Positions 1-8,964 of a stretch of 64,000 bases of DNA are shown here, one piece after another. The notes under the pieces are model-generated. The model was not told where the DNA came from. It was given only the letters and a program-made list of their open reading frames with translations, and did no database searches. The stretch covers positions 1-64,000 of the IMG/VR virus record IMGVR_UViG_3300041411_000080; one strand, given 5' to 3'. Numbering within the stretch: the stretch's first letter is position 1; the number at the start of each line of letters is the position of its first letter. The position numbers were made by a program, and so were the translations under genes.

Positions 1-39
1 GTTACGTACTAGGTCGATAATAAGGATCTGAGAGTTCAT
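1..39 (-). CDS. 5' part of a CDS running off the window (MNSQILIIDLVRN...)
   Basis: ATG at 37-39 with GAGG SD, directly after the stop of 42..686. Confidence 0.6.
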   Translation of the reverse strand, partial: MNSQILIIDLVRN

Positions 40-41
40 GC

Positions 42-686
42 TTAGCCTCGTTTGCTACGATTGCGTGGGACCGTTTGGATTTCGCTGAACCGGATGGACA
101 GATCAGCACCGAAGGTATCAGGGAACAGAGTCGACAACTCTTCACGAAGCATTTCGCATACCGCTTCTTTGGTGATGTAGTTGTACAGAATAATCCCGCG
201 ATGGTAAACCATAGCTGGGTAAACCTTACCGCCTGCACGTACCTCAGCGAAGAAGCCACCGTAGGTAGTCGCCTCATGACGTACTTCATGACGGTATACT
301 TCGATCTGCACATTGTTAGCTGAACAGATCTGAACGAACTCGTTGGAGTTACCACCGAACATCACAGGACGCTTACGACCCGTAGTGATGTCTTGCAGAG
401 AACGCATCAACAAAGGTACGTCCGATTCCAGCGTGACCATGTCGATGATCTGACGCATTGCATCCATGAATTGCTTGTGAACGATTTCTTCGGTCTTCTT
501 CGTCCATGCACTGGTATCGGTAATACCGATGACGTTAATGCCAAACCACACGTAACCGTTGTTGTGTTTAACCTTGACGCAGAGGTGTGGAATGTTAGAG
601 AGACCAGACAGGTGCATGACAGTGTAGTCAGTCAACCGTTTGATCACGAGGGTCATATTGGGGCAAGTTACAATTTGCGTAGACAT
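42..686 (-). CDS. hypothetical protein (214 aa)
   Basis: ORF tiles in minus-strand operon with GAGG SD; no motif recognised. Confidence 0.8.
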   Translation of the reverse strand: MSTQIVTCPNMTLVIKRLTDYTVMHLSGLSNIPHLCVKVKHNNGYVWFGINVIGITDTSAWTKKTEEIVHKQFMDAMRQIIDMVTLESDVPLLMRSLQDITTGRKRPVMFGGNSNEFVQICSANNVQIEVYRHEVRHEATTYGGFFAEVRAGGKVYPAMVYHRGIILYNYITKEAVCEMLREELSTLFPDTFGADLSIRFSEIQTVPRNRSKRG

Positions 687-712
687 TGAGGTGGACCTTT
701 AAATAGATTGAG

Positions 713-1387
713 TTATTCGACAGATTGCCAGTTCAGACTACGTCCATACTTAGCCTCGTCGATATAGACCTGACGCTTCAACCATTCATCTTCCCGATTA
801 TCGAACTTATCGAGATGAGTGATGGTGAAACCAACTTGTTTAATGATGTCATTTGCTTGAGCAGTGATGAATTCATTCATTACCGTATTACGAGTACAAG
901 TCGACTGATTCAACAGACGACCGTAGAAGTTAGACAGTAACGTGTGCGTAGGTAATCCCTGACGATCAGCGATCACGAAATAATCCATGGTCGAATCGTG
1001 ACGGATCACATAAAGATTACCCGGTCCAGTAAGATTACGAGTCTTACGGAATGCCAACAAGTCGGCTGTGTATAACTCGTCTTCCAGAATTTGGGCACTG
1101 AAGATCTCAGGCTTAGTCAAGAAGTAGAGTTCAAGTCTAGCACCGCGTTTAACCGCAGCCTTTACACACTCAGCATTGTTACTGGTAGCGTAAGTGGAAA
1201 GGACCTGTTTAAAGTTACGAGTCTCGCTGAGCCATACTTCCCCAGTATCGCACATCAGGATAGCAAAGAAGCCACCCTTGTTCTTCCCCGGTACAGATGT
1301 TTGGTTGGTGACTTCTGCCATGTATTTACGGCAGATCCGACGAGCTTCCGTGTAGCGTGTTTTTGTGATTGGCCGTACAGCGTACAT
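713..1387 (-). CDS. hypothetical protein with two degenerate GIY-YIG-like segments
   Basis: GFFAILMCDTGEVWLSETRNF and GNLYVIRHDSTMDYFVI resemble the GIY..YIG beta-hairpin. Confidence 0.4.
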   Translation of the reverse strand: MYAVRPITKTRYTEARRICRKYMAEVTNQTSVPGKNKGGFFAILMCDTGEVWLSETRNFKQVLSTYATSNNAECVKAAVKRGARLELYFLTKPEIFSAQILEDELYTADLLAFRKTRNLTGPGNLYVIRHDSTMDYFVIADRQGLPTHTLLSNFYGRLLNQSTCTRNTVMNEFITAQANDIIKQVGFTITHLDKFDNREDEWLKRQVYIDEAKYGRSLNWQSVE

Positions 1388-1413
1388 TACTAGCCCTCTA
1401 GATAAAGTTGTGT

Positions 1414-2283
1414 TTATTCTTCTTGTTGGTTGACGTTGAGAATACTGTAGCGAAGACCGAAGTCAGGACATTTGAACTTGGTACCTAGTAGCGGGGTACC
1501 GGTCATTATGTGATCCATAAACTGACCGTACATCTTAGGGCCATCACTGTCAACCAATTTCCATTCTGGACTAAGGGTGTTATGACGATAGAACACGCGT
1601 ACCAGATCAGGGAAAGCCGTAGATAGACGATGATTATCGAGGTCTCCCTGATCCAGGTTACCATCACGCTTCAGTTGCAGGTAGTACTTGTAAAGCTTCC
1701 ACGCTGTACGTGGCTCACCGACGATCATGAAGTCTGTAGCCAGCCGCTTCTCGCTTGGTGGCAACCCCAACAACTTACCAAAGCTATCGCAGTTGCGCGG
1801 AACGTGTACAGGAGTAACACCTTCAACGAGGTAAGTGCGGCAACCCGGACGCATTGCAATCTTCAAAGGTGCGTTGCTACCACGATCACCGTTATCGAAT
1901 ACCCATGGGAGACGATCATCTTGCATATCAACGTCAACCGTAAAGTTCAGCTCACCGCCGAGTTCTTCCTCGAACTTCTTCAGTTGGATACCGAACGTGA
2001 AGATCGTCCACAGGTTAACTTGGCGGGTATAGCGGTAAGGACGTTTGTACTTGAAGCGGTAGACATGTTTATGAACGATCGCCCCTGATGGGAGTACGGT
2101 CTCAGTAATGTCCTTCCGAATATCGGTCTGTAGACCCAGATCGTTCTTTTTTGGCAAGGCTTCCGAAACGCGCTTCAGGATACCTTCGTTAGCCAGGTTG
2201 CTAAGAGTAGACTTATCAGGCTGACTCCAAACAACACTCACCTTGATACGGTCATGGCCGCGATCTCTTTTCTTAGAGGACAT
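1414..2283 (-). CDS. hypothetical protein, paralogue group A (289 aa)
   Basis: FMIVGEPRTAWKLYKYY and SPEWKLV echo the two upstream ORFs. Confidence 0.75.
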   Translation of the reverse strand: MSSKKRDRGHDRIKVSVVWSQPDKSTLSNLANEGILKRVSEALPKKNDLGLQTDIRKDITETVLPSGAIVHKHVYRFKYKRPYRYTRQVNLWTIFTFGIQLKKFEEELGGELNFTVDVDMQDDRLPWVFDNGDRGSNAPLKIAMRPGCRTYLVEGVTPVHVPRNCDSFGKLLGLPPSEKRLATDFMIVGEPRTAWKLYKYYLQLKRDGNLDQGDLDNHRLSTAFPDLVRVFYRHNTLSPEWKLVDSDGPKMYGQFMDHIMTGTPLLGTKFKCPDFGLRYSILNVNQQEE

Positions 2284-3244
2284 GTTCTAGAATCTCCTTT
2301 ACTTCTTTTTGAGTATAACCACGGTTACCCGGACGCTGGGTTTGAAGGACGTTCAGTACCGCCAAAGGGCATAGGCTACTACGAACCGATGCTTCATGTT
2401 TAAACGGTTCTTCTGAATCCAACCACTTATTCATCTGCTTCGTGTAACGATGCAATGGTCCGTAAATATCTTCATCGCTCAACTGCCATGGTTTAGGATG
2501 AACGATAATCCATTCAGGATCAACCCCATTGCCAGCGATACATTTAACCAACAAGATAGCCTTATTATCCATCTTATCAGTCAGGTTAGCAAAGATCGCA
2601 TCATTGGTCAGTGACTGATGATCTTCAGTGAAAGCCCGGCGTGCTTTGGAAGCTAGACGACCCGCTGCACAAGCCTCACCAATCGCCCATACGGCTTCAA
2701 CGCGAGTATCGTAATAGATACTAGCTTTACCCTGTACCGGGTAGGTAACGATCGGTTCCACGTTGTTACCCAGTTGACACGACTTACCGACATAATGAAG
2801 GCTGATAGGTTTCGAGGTATTAACCAGAATACCAAAGTCATGTTCCCATGTAAACCATTCAGGACGAGCCTTAGTGGAGAACTTGGTTGACATCGATCCG
2901 CCGTCCATGAATGGCTTGGCGGTATCAAGCATTTCACCGATGTCAGACATCAATGCCTTCCAGAGCTTTTCAGAACCCAGTTCCTTACAACTCCCCGAGA
3001 TACGGTACTGAGTAGGACCAGCAGCATCCGAGATACCACCTTCTTTCAATACGATCTTCTCGATACGTACCTGCGGATAGATGAAGATATAATCCGCAGG
3101 GCGAACATCGTCCAGTAGTAGACGATAATGCGCAACGATTTCTTTGATTCGGTATTGAATCCACTTACCAGCCAATGCCATCTCTGGTGTCTTCGGTACA
3201 CCACGTCTTACCCACAAGGTAAGCTCATCTTTCACACGACTCAT
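2273..3244 (-). CDS. hypothetical protein, paralogue group A (323 aa)
   Basis: VWAIGEACAAGRL and DPEWIIV; AGGAG SD downstream of an early promoter. Confidence 0.75.
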   Translation of the reverse strand: MSRVKDELTLWVRRGVPKTPEMALAGKWIQYRIKEIVAHYRLLLDDVRPADYIFIYPQVRIEKIVLKEGGISDAAGPTQYRISGSCKELGSEKLWKALMSDIGEMLDTAKPFMDGGSMSTKFSTKARPEWFTWEHDFGILVNTSKPISLHYVGKSCQLGNNVEPIVTYPVQGKASIYYDTRVEAVWAIGEACAAGRLASKARRAFTEDHQSLTNDAIFANLTDKMDNKAILLVKCIAGNGVDPEWIIVHPKPWQLSDEDIYGPLHRYTKQMNKWLDSEEPFKHEASVRSSLCPLAVLNVLQTQRPGNRGYTQKEVKEILEHVL

Positions 3245-3275
3245 TGGATACTCCTAATGTTTGGGATACACAGCT

Positions 3276-3296
3276 GTAATGTAGATGTGAAATAAA
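3276..3296 (-). promoter_or_regulatory. phiKZ-type early promoter
   Basis: minus strand TTTATTTCACATCTACATTAC, variant of a motif recurring 10 times. Confidence 0.6.
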
Positions 3297-3298
3297 TT

Positions 3299-3320
3299 GA
3301 GATGGCCAAAAGGCCACCTC
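3299..3320 (-). terminator. intrinsic terminator
   Basis: GAGGTGGCC-TTTT-GGCCATCTC followed by AATTTATTT. Confidence 0.65.
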
Positions 3321-3332
3321 GATCAGGTTTAT

Positions 3333-4289
3333 TTACACTTCAGCGACTTCACCAACAGTCTCATCTTCAATAGCCAGAGCTGTACCATCATAGACGGTTT
3401 CTTCTTGGGTTTCGAAGGTTGCGTATTCCATGGTCTTGAAGAAGCGCATGTCAGTTGTGTCGATTGCGCTGTTCCAACGAAGGGAAGTGAACGGCAATGG
3501 AGTTTCCATCATGTTCTTCATGTTGATGTTCACATAGCGAACACCTTCCACCACCCAACGATTGCTTTCGTCAAGGTTACTCACAACCCAGTTACCACCA
3601 GCCGGATTCTGGACGTGTACCCATACCAACAGGTTATGCCATTGGATGTTCGGGTGACTACGCATCATCTGCTTGATGTTGATGCGCGCGCCAGTACCGA
3701 CACCGGCTTTAAACATACTTTCACGCTCAGCAGCAATACGACCAGCGTGACTACGGGCGTAGTACTGCCATACACGACGGAACTTATCGACCGCAGTCGG
3801 TTCACCCATTACGGTCAGGCCGTTCAGTGGGGAATTGAAGTGACCGTCCCAGCTTGGGATGTCGTCGCCGGTTGCGTTCCACTGTTCAGCACCTTTACGG
3901 AGCAGTACTTGTGCAGGGCCAGCAACCATTGCCCACGGATCAGGCATCCCACCGTTATCCAGATAGGATTCCAGACGTACGAACTTGCTCTGGTACTTAG
4001 CCAGAATAGCTGCCAGCTCTTGCAGGATGTAGTGCAGGCGAGCGAACTGGTATTGGTTTGTACCCGTATGGCGGATAGGGAATACCAAGGTCAGGTTGCA
4101 ACCATAGCTCTCGTTACCGTTATGGGTAACAGCAGGCTTGACGTGGTCATGGTGATCCATCAGCTCTTTATGAACCGACAGCAGCGCATTGATGTCAGCC
4201 AGCAGATCGATTTCATTTTTGAATGCTTCACGGTCGTTAGCGCCTTGCATGTAAGCGATAGTTACACTAACGGTGTTCGGTTTGGACAT
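3333..4289 (-). CDS. hypothetical protein, paralogue group A (318 aa)
   Basis: LTVMGEPTAVDKFRRVWQYY matches the motif in 1414..2283. Confidence 0.75.
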   Translation of the reverse strand: MSKPNTVSVTIAYMQGANDREAFKNEIDLLADINALLSVHKELMDHHDHVKPAVTHNGNESYGCNLTLVFPIRHTGTNQYQFARLHYILQELAAILAKYQSKFVRLESYLDNGGMPDPWAMVAGPAQVLLRKGAEQWNATGDDIPSWDGHFNSPLNGLTVMGEPTAVDKFRRVWQYYARSHAGRIAAERESMFKAGVGTGARINIKQMMRSHPNIQWHNLLVWVHVQNPAGGNWVVSNLDESNRWVVEGVRYVNINMKNMMETPLPFTSLRWNSAIDTTDMRFFKTMEYATFETQEETVYDGTALAIEDETVGEVAEV

Positions 4290-4360
4290 TACCTTTCCTC
4301 GGAATAATTAAGATGGTTGGGGAACAGTGTCCCCATTGTATTAGCTTAGCCCGTATTAGC

Positions 4361-4834
4361 TTACTTCTGTGGTGGTGCTGCTGGCAAGAAGCTAATGGTT
4401 TGCTGGAGATAGCCCATGTCCTGGAGGTTGAATCGACCTTTATTAACCGGGTTATGTGCAATCTCACCAAATGAAAGAGTCGTGCCACCTGGATTGAGTG
4501 GTTGGCTCGAGACGCTGTTCTTAGTTACTGTGATGATCCAGCCATCGGCAATCACGACAACCGTCACATTGGTCTTACCGATGAAGTCACGAATATGATC
4601 GGCAGTCAGACAGGTTTTATCCTTGAGCTTATGCTCGATCTCCAGCAATGCATCGATGTGACCGATAGCGAAATAAGCTTGTACCTGTGGGCGGTCCCCG
4701 GTCTCGAACAGGTATTCAGAACGCATGCGTGGAGCGCCTTCAGCAGTTCTCAGTGCCTGAATAAAGGTTACATTGTCGTTAGCGCGATAACCGTAAACAA
4801 CACCTTGTGGTACAGCGTGAAGAATGAAAGACAT
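4361..4834 (-). CDS. hypothetical protein, possible Ntn-hydrolase/proteasome-beta-like fold
   Basis: MSFILH start, YFAIGHIDAL, VVVIADGWIITV, LSFGE pattern. Confidence 0.4.
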   Translation of the reverse strand: MSFILHAVPQGVVYGYRANDNVTFIQALRTAEGAPRMRSEYLFETGDRPQVQAYFAIGHIDALLEIEHKLKDKTCLTADHIRDFIGKTNVTVVVIADGWIITVTKNSVSSQPLNPGGTTLSFGEIAHNPVNKGRFNLQDMGYLQQTISFLPAAPPQK

Positions 4835-4843
4835 CTTGAATCC

Positions 4844-5011
4844 TTAGCGGTGAATGATCAGAGTAGACCAAGTGGATACGAGTAACAGAATGAGTGCAAC
4901 AGTCAGAACTTCACGACGGGCGGGAGCATGGCTCTTAAAGCACAATGCTAACCAGCCCATCCAAGTAATGATCGTAACAACCCACAACAGTCCGATGAGT
5001 GTAGGGTCCAT
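4844..5011 (-). CDS. 55-aa two-TM membrane protein (below ORF-track cutoff)
   Basis: MDPTLIGLLWVVTIITWMGWLALCF...VLTVALILLLVSTWSTLIIHR; AGGA SD; fills the gap exactly. Confidence 0.75.
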   Translation of the reverse strand: MDPTLIGLLWVVTIITWMGWLALCFKSHAPARREVLTVALILLLVSTWSTLIIHR

Positions 5012-5018
5012 AAAGGTC

Positions 5019-5453
5019 CTAGAAGTAGTTGGTTGAATCGACGGTCCAGTGCAACGGAAGTTGAATCCCCTTCATCGCCGATTGTACCTCAGAAGGAGTG
5101 CAACCGATACTGAAAGCATGGTTCCCTTCCACGTAATCTTCGAACGTTCGGGCAGCGTTGCGGTAAATATAGAAGCGCTTGGTGGTAGCCACGAAGATAC
5201 GCACGTCATGCTGACTGCTGAGTTCGATCAGCTTTTCTTCAGACAGATTGTTAGTGAGCCGCAATACGGTAGCCACGAAATTAGTCTGGACAGCCGACCC
5301 GGTTACCCACAGTCCGATTGGAGAACAGATGTTACCATCAGGCTCTGTGAACAAGCGTGCTGTCGATTGGGAAATGTAAGCCCAATCCTTAGCGATGGAT
5401 TTCAACCCACCGAACTTAAGGGTCCGTTCGGTGATGTCAATATAGAAGCTCAT
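5019..5453 (-). CDS. hypothetical protein, possible Ntn-hydrolase-like fold
   Basis: MSFYID start, LWVTGSAVQ, RIFVATTKRFYIY, AFSIGC. Confidence 0.4.
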   Translation of the reverse strand: MSFYIDITERTLKFGGLKSIAKDWAYISQSTARLFTEPDGNICSPIGLWVTGSAVQTNFVATVLRLTNNLSEEKLIELSSQHDVRIFVATTKRFYIYRNAARTFEDYVEGNHAFSIGCTPSEVQSAMKGIQLPLHWTVDSTNYF

Positions 5454-5695
5454 GCCGTCTCCTTGGGTTTGATCGCCCGAATGTTAAAACCTTCAGGGAT
5501 GTCAGCAATCTTTTGACCGAGAGTGTTAACCCGGAAGAAGAAGTCATAACCGAAGAGATGTTTCTCTTCGTCATGCACCAGTTGCACACTACCGTCTTGA
5601 ATGTAGATGTCACGAGCTGGGAGGAACTTGTGACCATGCGAACGAGATTGGTAGATACCGTTCGGCACCGTTTGACCATTTAGTTCACGACTCAT
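5450..5695 (-). CDS. hypothetical protein (81 aa)
   Basis: ORF tiles in operon. Confidence 0.7.
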   Translation of the reverse strand: MSRELNGQTVPNGIYQSRSHGHKFLPARDIYIQDGSVQLVHDEEKHLFGYDFFFRVNTLGQKIADIPEGFNIRAIKPKETA

Positions 5696-5698
5696 TAC

Positions 5699-5887
5699 TT
5701 AATCCTTTTTGTAGTACTTCGATTTAAGACTGTCTGCCAAACCATAGTCCGGGTCACGTACGGGTTCAATCCCATCTGTTGTACCGGTCATGATACGAGG
5801 TGGTGCATGACGAGGCATTTCTGCTACTACACGAGTATTAGTAATGCCTGCCTTCAATACTTCTTCTCTTAACTTTTCCCAATTCAT
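5699..5887 (-). CDS. 62-aa stand-alone fragment of ribonucleotide reductase alpha (NrdA-like)
   Basis: NWEKLREEVLKAGITNTRVVAEMP...TGTTDGIEP matches the class Ia NrdA WE.LR..I...G..N....A.MP...T.GIEP segment; AGGAG SD before ATG 5887. Confidence 0.7.
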   Translation of the reverse strand: MNWEKLREEVLKAGITNTRVVAEMPRHAPPRIMTGTTDGIEPVRDPDYGLADSLKSKYYKKD

Positions 5888-5936
5888 CTTATACTCCTGA
5901 CCACATAAAGCCCCTGCTATTAAGCAGGGACCTATG

Positions 5937-6767
5937 TCAGTGTCGAACGGTTTCGATTTCGTGAGTGAGAGCCATAGTGACAACCGATTCGTGGAATGGG
6001 TTACGACGACTTATTTCATTATGCTTGTAATCACGCAGGGTGACCTGTAAAGGAAACTTACGATACCCGTTGTAGATCAACTTGGTGACGGCTTCGTTGG
6101 ACAACGGTTCTTCTGGTCGAACCCAACTCATTCCACTACGAGTTAGTTTGATCATAGTTCCGACATCGGTGATCAGATACATGGTTGCCCATGCACCCAG
6201 TGCTTCAGCAATGCGTTCCAGTTGTAGTTCAGTCATCCCTCCACACGCAAAATAGCTGGATTCGCGCACTTCCCGTTTTGCATGCTTGTAATGACGCATG
6301 GCATTACGAACACCAACACTACTACCAACGAACAGGATGTCTTTGATGACCAAGCCATGTGCTGGGTAACCACTGATGTCCCACGGGCGATTGCAAACGT
6401 CCTCGCCTTCGAACTGGATGATCTCATCACCGGGGGCAACCCAGATTGATGCACGGCCATCGCCATGTAACTTCAGCACGTGACGGGAATCAGCGTAACC
6501 GGGATTATGGCAGTCGAGTGCGTTATGGACGTTCTGGGTCTCAGCCATCTTTTCAAACGCGTGACGCAGTTCCCAACTAGGGAAGAAGATAACTGCCTCG
6601 TACAACCCTTTCGAGTTACGCGATGGTAAATCGACCCAACGAATGATGTCGACTTTCTTCTTACCATGGTGAGCTTTGTTGAGATCAGCCATTGTCCCAT
6701 GCAGTGCTACTAGGTAGGGAGCTGGGCAATCACGTTTAACGAACAACTGGTATACTCGACCGGACAT
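5937..6767 (-). CDS. hypothetical protein (276 aa)
   Basis: ORF tiles; C-half ILFVGSSVG / MYLITDVGTMIKL resembles 4361 and 5019. Confidence 0.75.
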   Translation of the reverse strand: MSGRVYQLFVKRDCPAPYLVALHGTMADLNKAHHGKKKVDIIRWVDLPSRNSKGLYEAVIFFPSWELRHAFEKMAETQNVHNALDCHNPGYADSRHVLKLHGDGRASIWVAPGDEIIQFEGEDVCNRPWDISGYPAHGLVIKDILFVGSSVGVRNAMRHYKHAKREVRESSYFACGGMTELQLERIAEALGAWATMYLITDVGTMIKLTRSGMSWVRPEEPLSNEAVTKLIYNGYRKFPLQVTLRDYKHNEISRRNPFHESVVTMALTHEIETVRH

Positions 6768-6768
6768 A

Positions 6769-7092
6769 TCAGTTCACCTTTTCGAATTTGAATTCTTTAT
6801 CCGCAGCTTTCCAATTGGGCCAGTAGATCCCACGGATCATAATCCGCTTAGTCAGGATGCTGCTATCTGGGTCCATAGTGAAAAGACGGATCTGGAACGA
6901 GTCACCCGGTTCGATATCGGTGAGTTCGTTAAGTACCGGACGAATGCGTTCCAACACCATGTCTGGATCTGTACCCAGATCGACCAGATGCTCGATAGTG
7001 CTAGGGTTGGAGATAACCCCAACGAGATTGTCAATCGAACCACAAGCGTAGTAAGCCTTGTCCTCAGACAGGTTGTAGAATTCAACGTACAT
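6769..7092 (-). CDS. hypothetical protein (107 aa)
   Basis: ORF tiles in operon; AGGAG SD. Confidence 0.75.
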   Translation of the reverse strand: MYVEFYNLSEDKAYYACGSIDNLVGVISNPSTIEHLVDLGTDPDMVLERIRPVLNELTDIEPGDSFQIRLFTMDPDSSILTKRIMIRGIYWPNWKAADKEFKFEKVN

Positions 7093-7095
7093 GTG

Positions 7096-7389
7096 TTACT
7101 CCTGATTGATAAATGTGTAAAGTTTGCTACGGCTGGTAGTCGAGTCCTTAACAGACTTAACCGAGATATTGACGGGCGCAGTGTGTTCCGAATCTTTACG
7201 GATCAAGCCACGCATTACTTTAGGGAAAGCCGCCATCAACTGTTCTTGTACGGCTGTAGCCAGATCACGAGTGCGGTATTGCTGTGCACTGCGTTGTTTG
7301 GTAGTGGTACCGAAACCTTTCTCCGATTCAGTCAGGAGCAGCTTCTCTTGATCAACACCCAAACACAACTCAATAACGTACGATGCCAT
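7096..7389 (-). CDS. hypothetical protein (97 aa)
   Basis: ORF tiles in operon. Confidence 0.7.
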   Translation of the reverse strand: MASYVIELCLGVDQEKLLLTESEKGFGTTTKQRSAQQYRTRDLATAVQEQLMAAFPKVMRGLIRKDSEHTAPVNISVKSVKDSTTSRSKLYTFINQE

Positions 7390-7678
7390 GATTAGACCCC
7401 GCTACACGTTTGATACTGACCATGATTTTTTGACCAACGTACTCCACCAGATCATTAGCTGGATGATCTTTGAAAGCAAGTACGATATCTTCACCCATGT
7501 CACGGAAGATATCAGCAGCTACCATCGCATTGCCAGCAGACAGATAACCCGGTACTTCGAACTGGTTGTAGTTATCCACGCTATCAGGCCAAAACAGACG
7601 GACACCGACCGTGTAGGTATCTGGGATAGTAGGAGACAGACTTTCCACGATTTCTTGTAATGTAAAAACGCGTTCCAT
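7370..7678 (-). CDS. hypothetical protein (102 aa, start MERVF)
   Basis: AGAGGT SD before ATG 7678. Confidence 0.7.
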   Translation of the reverse strand: MERVFTLQEIVESLSPTIPDTYTVGVRLFWPDSVDNYNQFEVPGYLSAGNAMVAADIFRDMGEDIVLAFKDHPANDLVEYVGQKIMVSIKRVAGSNHGIVRY

Positions 7679-7680
7679 TA

Positions 7681-7806
7681 TTAACCTCTTGAAATCCAGA
7701 TAAGGGCAACACTGCAAATAATCAAGAATAGCAATACCGCTGCCCCTACTTGGTTACTTGCATCGCCGTGTACTTGACGATCGTAATCTTCATCGCTATA
7801 ACGCAT
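7681..7806 (-). CDS. 41-aa single-TM microprotein
   Basis: MRYSDEDYDRQVHGDASNQVGAAVLLFLIICSVALIWISRG; fills the gap. Confidence 0.65.
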   Translation of the reverse strand: MRYSDEDYDRQVHGDASNQVGAAVLLFLIICSVALIWISRG

Positions 7807-7811
7807 CACGA

Positions 7812-8342
7812 TCAGATCTCGATATTAACTGTCAGGAGGACTTCGGTTGGTTCCAAAGTACTCAACTGTTGACGACGGAAAAGATGCAACATCGTTTCCA
7901 TTGGAGTATGGGTATCGACCTTTGGTGCGTCGATAAAGCTGAACGTGAAAGCTTCAGTCATCAATGGATTCATTGCCCAAGAGACTACATCGGTTTCAGT
8001 GTTAAGCTTAGCCAGCAACACTTGGAAGGTATCACCAGTCTCGCCGTGGATATCAACGTAGTCATCCGAGTAAGTCTTGATGTATTGGGGATTACCCTCA
8101 GCGTCTTGAATTACGATACCATCGATTTCCAGTGACTCTTGACGCTCACCGTAGCTGGTGAGGTTCAAACGAATTGCATAGTGATCCCGTGGGACCTGCA
8201 CATAACCTTCAGCCAATCGGTTCATCGCAGTGTTAGCCTCGAAATAAGACAACACGCCATCAGCAACTGTAGCTGGATTCCCTTCGGTATCGATCGCGTA
8301 GGAAACACCAGTGAGTTGATTTACGAACAGAACTTTAGACAT
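7812..8342 (-). CDS. hypothetical protein (176 aa)
   Basis: ORF tiles; GAGGTGA SD. Confidence 0.8.
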   Translation of the reverse strand: MSKVLFVNQLTGVSYAIDTEGNPATVADGVLSYFEANTAMNRLAEGYVQVPRDHYAIRLNLTSYGERQESLEIDGIVIQDAEGNPQYIKTYSDDYVDIHGETGDTFQVLLAKLNTETDVVSWAMNPLMTEAFTFSFIDAPKVDTHTPMETMLHLFRRQQLSTLEPTEVLLTVNIEI

Positions 8343-8350
8343 AGGTCACC

Positions 8351-8701
8351 TCAGATAGATAGTTCGAATGTGTACAGTCTTTTACCGGATGCATCTACAA
8401 CAGACATGCCATACTGGCCTTCCGGGTATTTCTCAAAACGCAGTGTCTCGATAAGGTCTGTAAAATCTCGAGCATACAACCCAAGATTGTAACGAGCTTG
8501 TTCAACGTCGTCTACATAGACGATACGGTGACCATGATCGATGAACTTATCTTTAACAAAGAACGCTCGCTTGGAGTCGATTAAGGTAACCAGTGTTAAA
8601 CACCGATTATCATCTTTGTCATACACGGCGTAGTGATAATCTCGGAACAGGGTCCAATTCATATACGCTGGACGTAATGAATCGATATCCTTTACAGCCA
8701 T
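8351..8701 (-). CDS. hypothetical protein (116 aa)
   Basis: TAATG coupling. Confidence 0.75.
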   Translation of the reverse strand: MAVKDIDSLRPAYMNWTLFRDYHYAVYDKDDNRCLTLVTLIDSKRAFFVKDKFIDHGHRIVYVDDVEQARYNLGLYARDFTDLIETLRFEKYPEGQYGMSVVDASGKRLYTFELSI

Positions 8702-8964
8702 TAAGCCATACCTGGTGGACGCACACCAACCTGAGTAGGATCTTTACGCAGTTGCCCTTCACCTACCCAGACGCGATGGATATCACTCGCTGGAGTAATG
8801 CCATCACCTAAAGCCCGTACACTGTGAGGTGTATCGACCTTGCCCGGATCATAAGCCATGATTTGAAGACGGCCATTCTCTACCGCAAACACTTCACCCT
8901 TTGGACCCATCAGGTCCGCCCCAGCCAAACAAAACTCCCCAGTAAAGAAATTACGCTGCTGCAT
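8701..8964 (-). CDS. hypothetical protein (87 aa)
   Basis: ORF tiles in operon. Confidence 0.7.
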   Translation of the reverse strand: MQQRNFFTGEFCLAGADLMGPKGEVFAVENGRLQIMAYDPGKVDTPHSVRALGDGITPASDIHRVWVGEGQLRKDPTQVGVRPPGMA

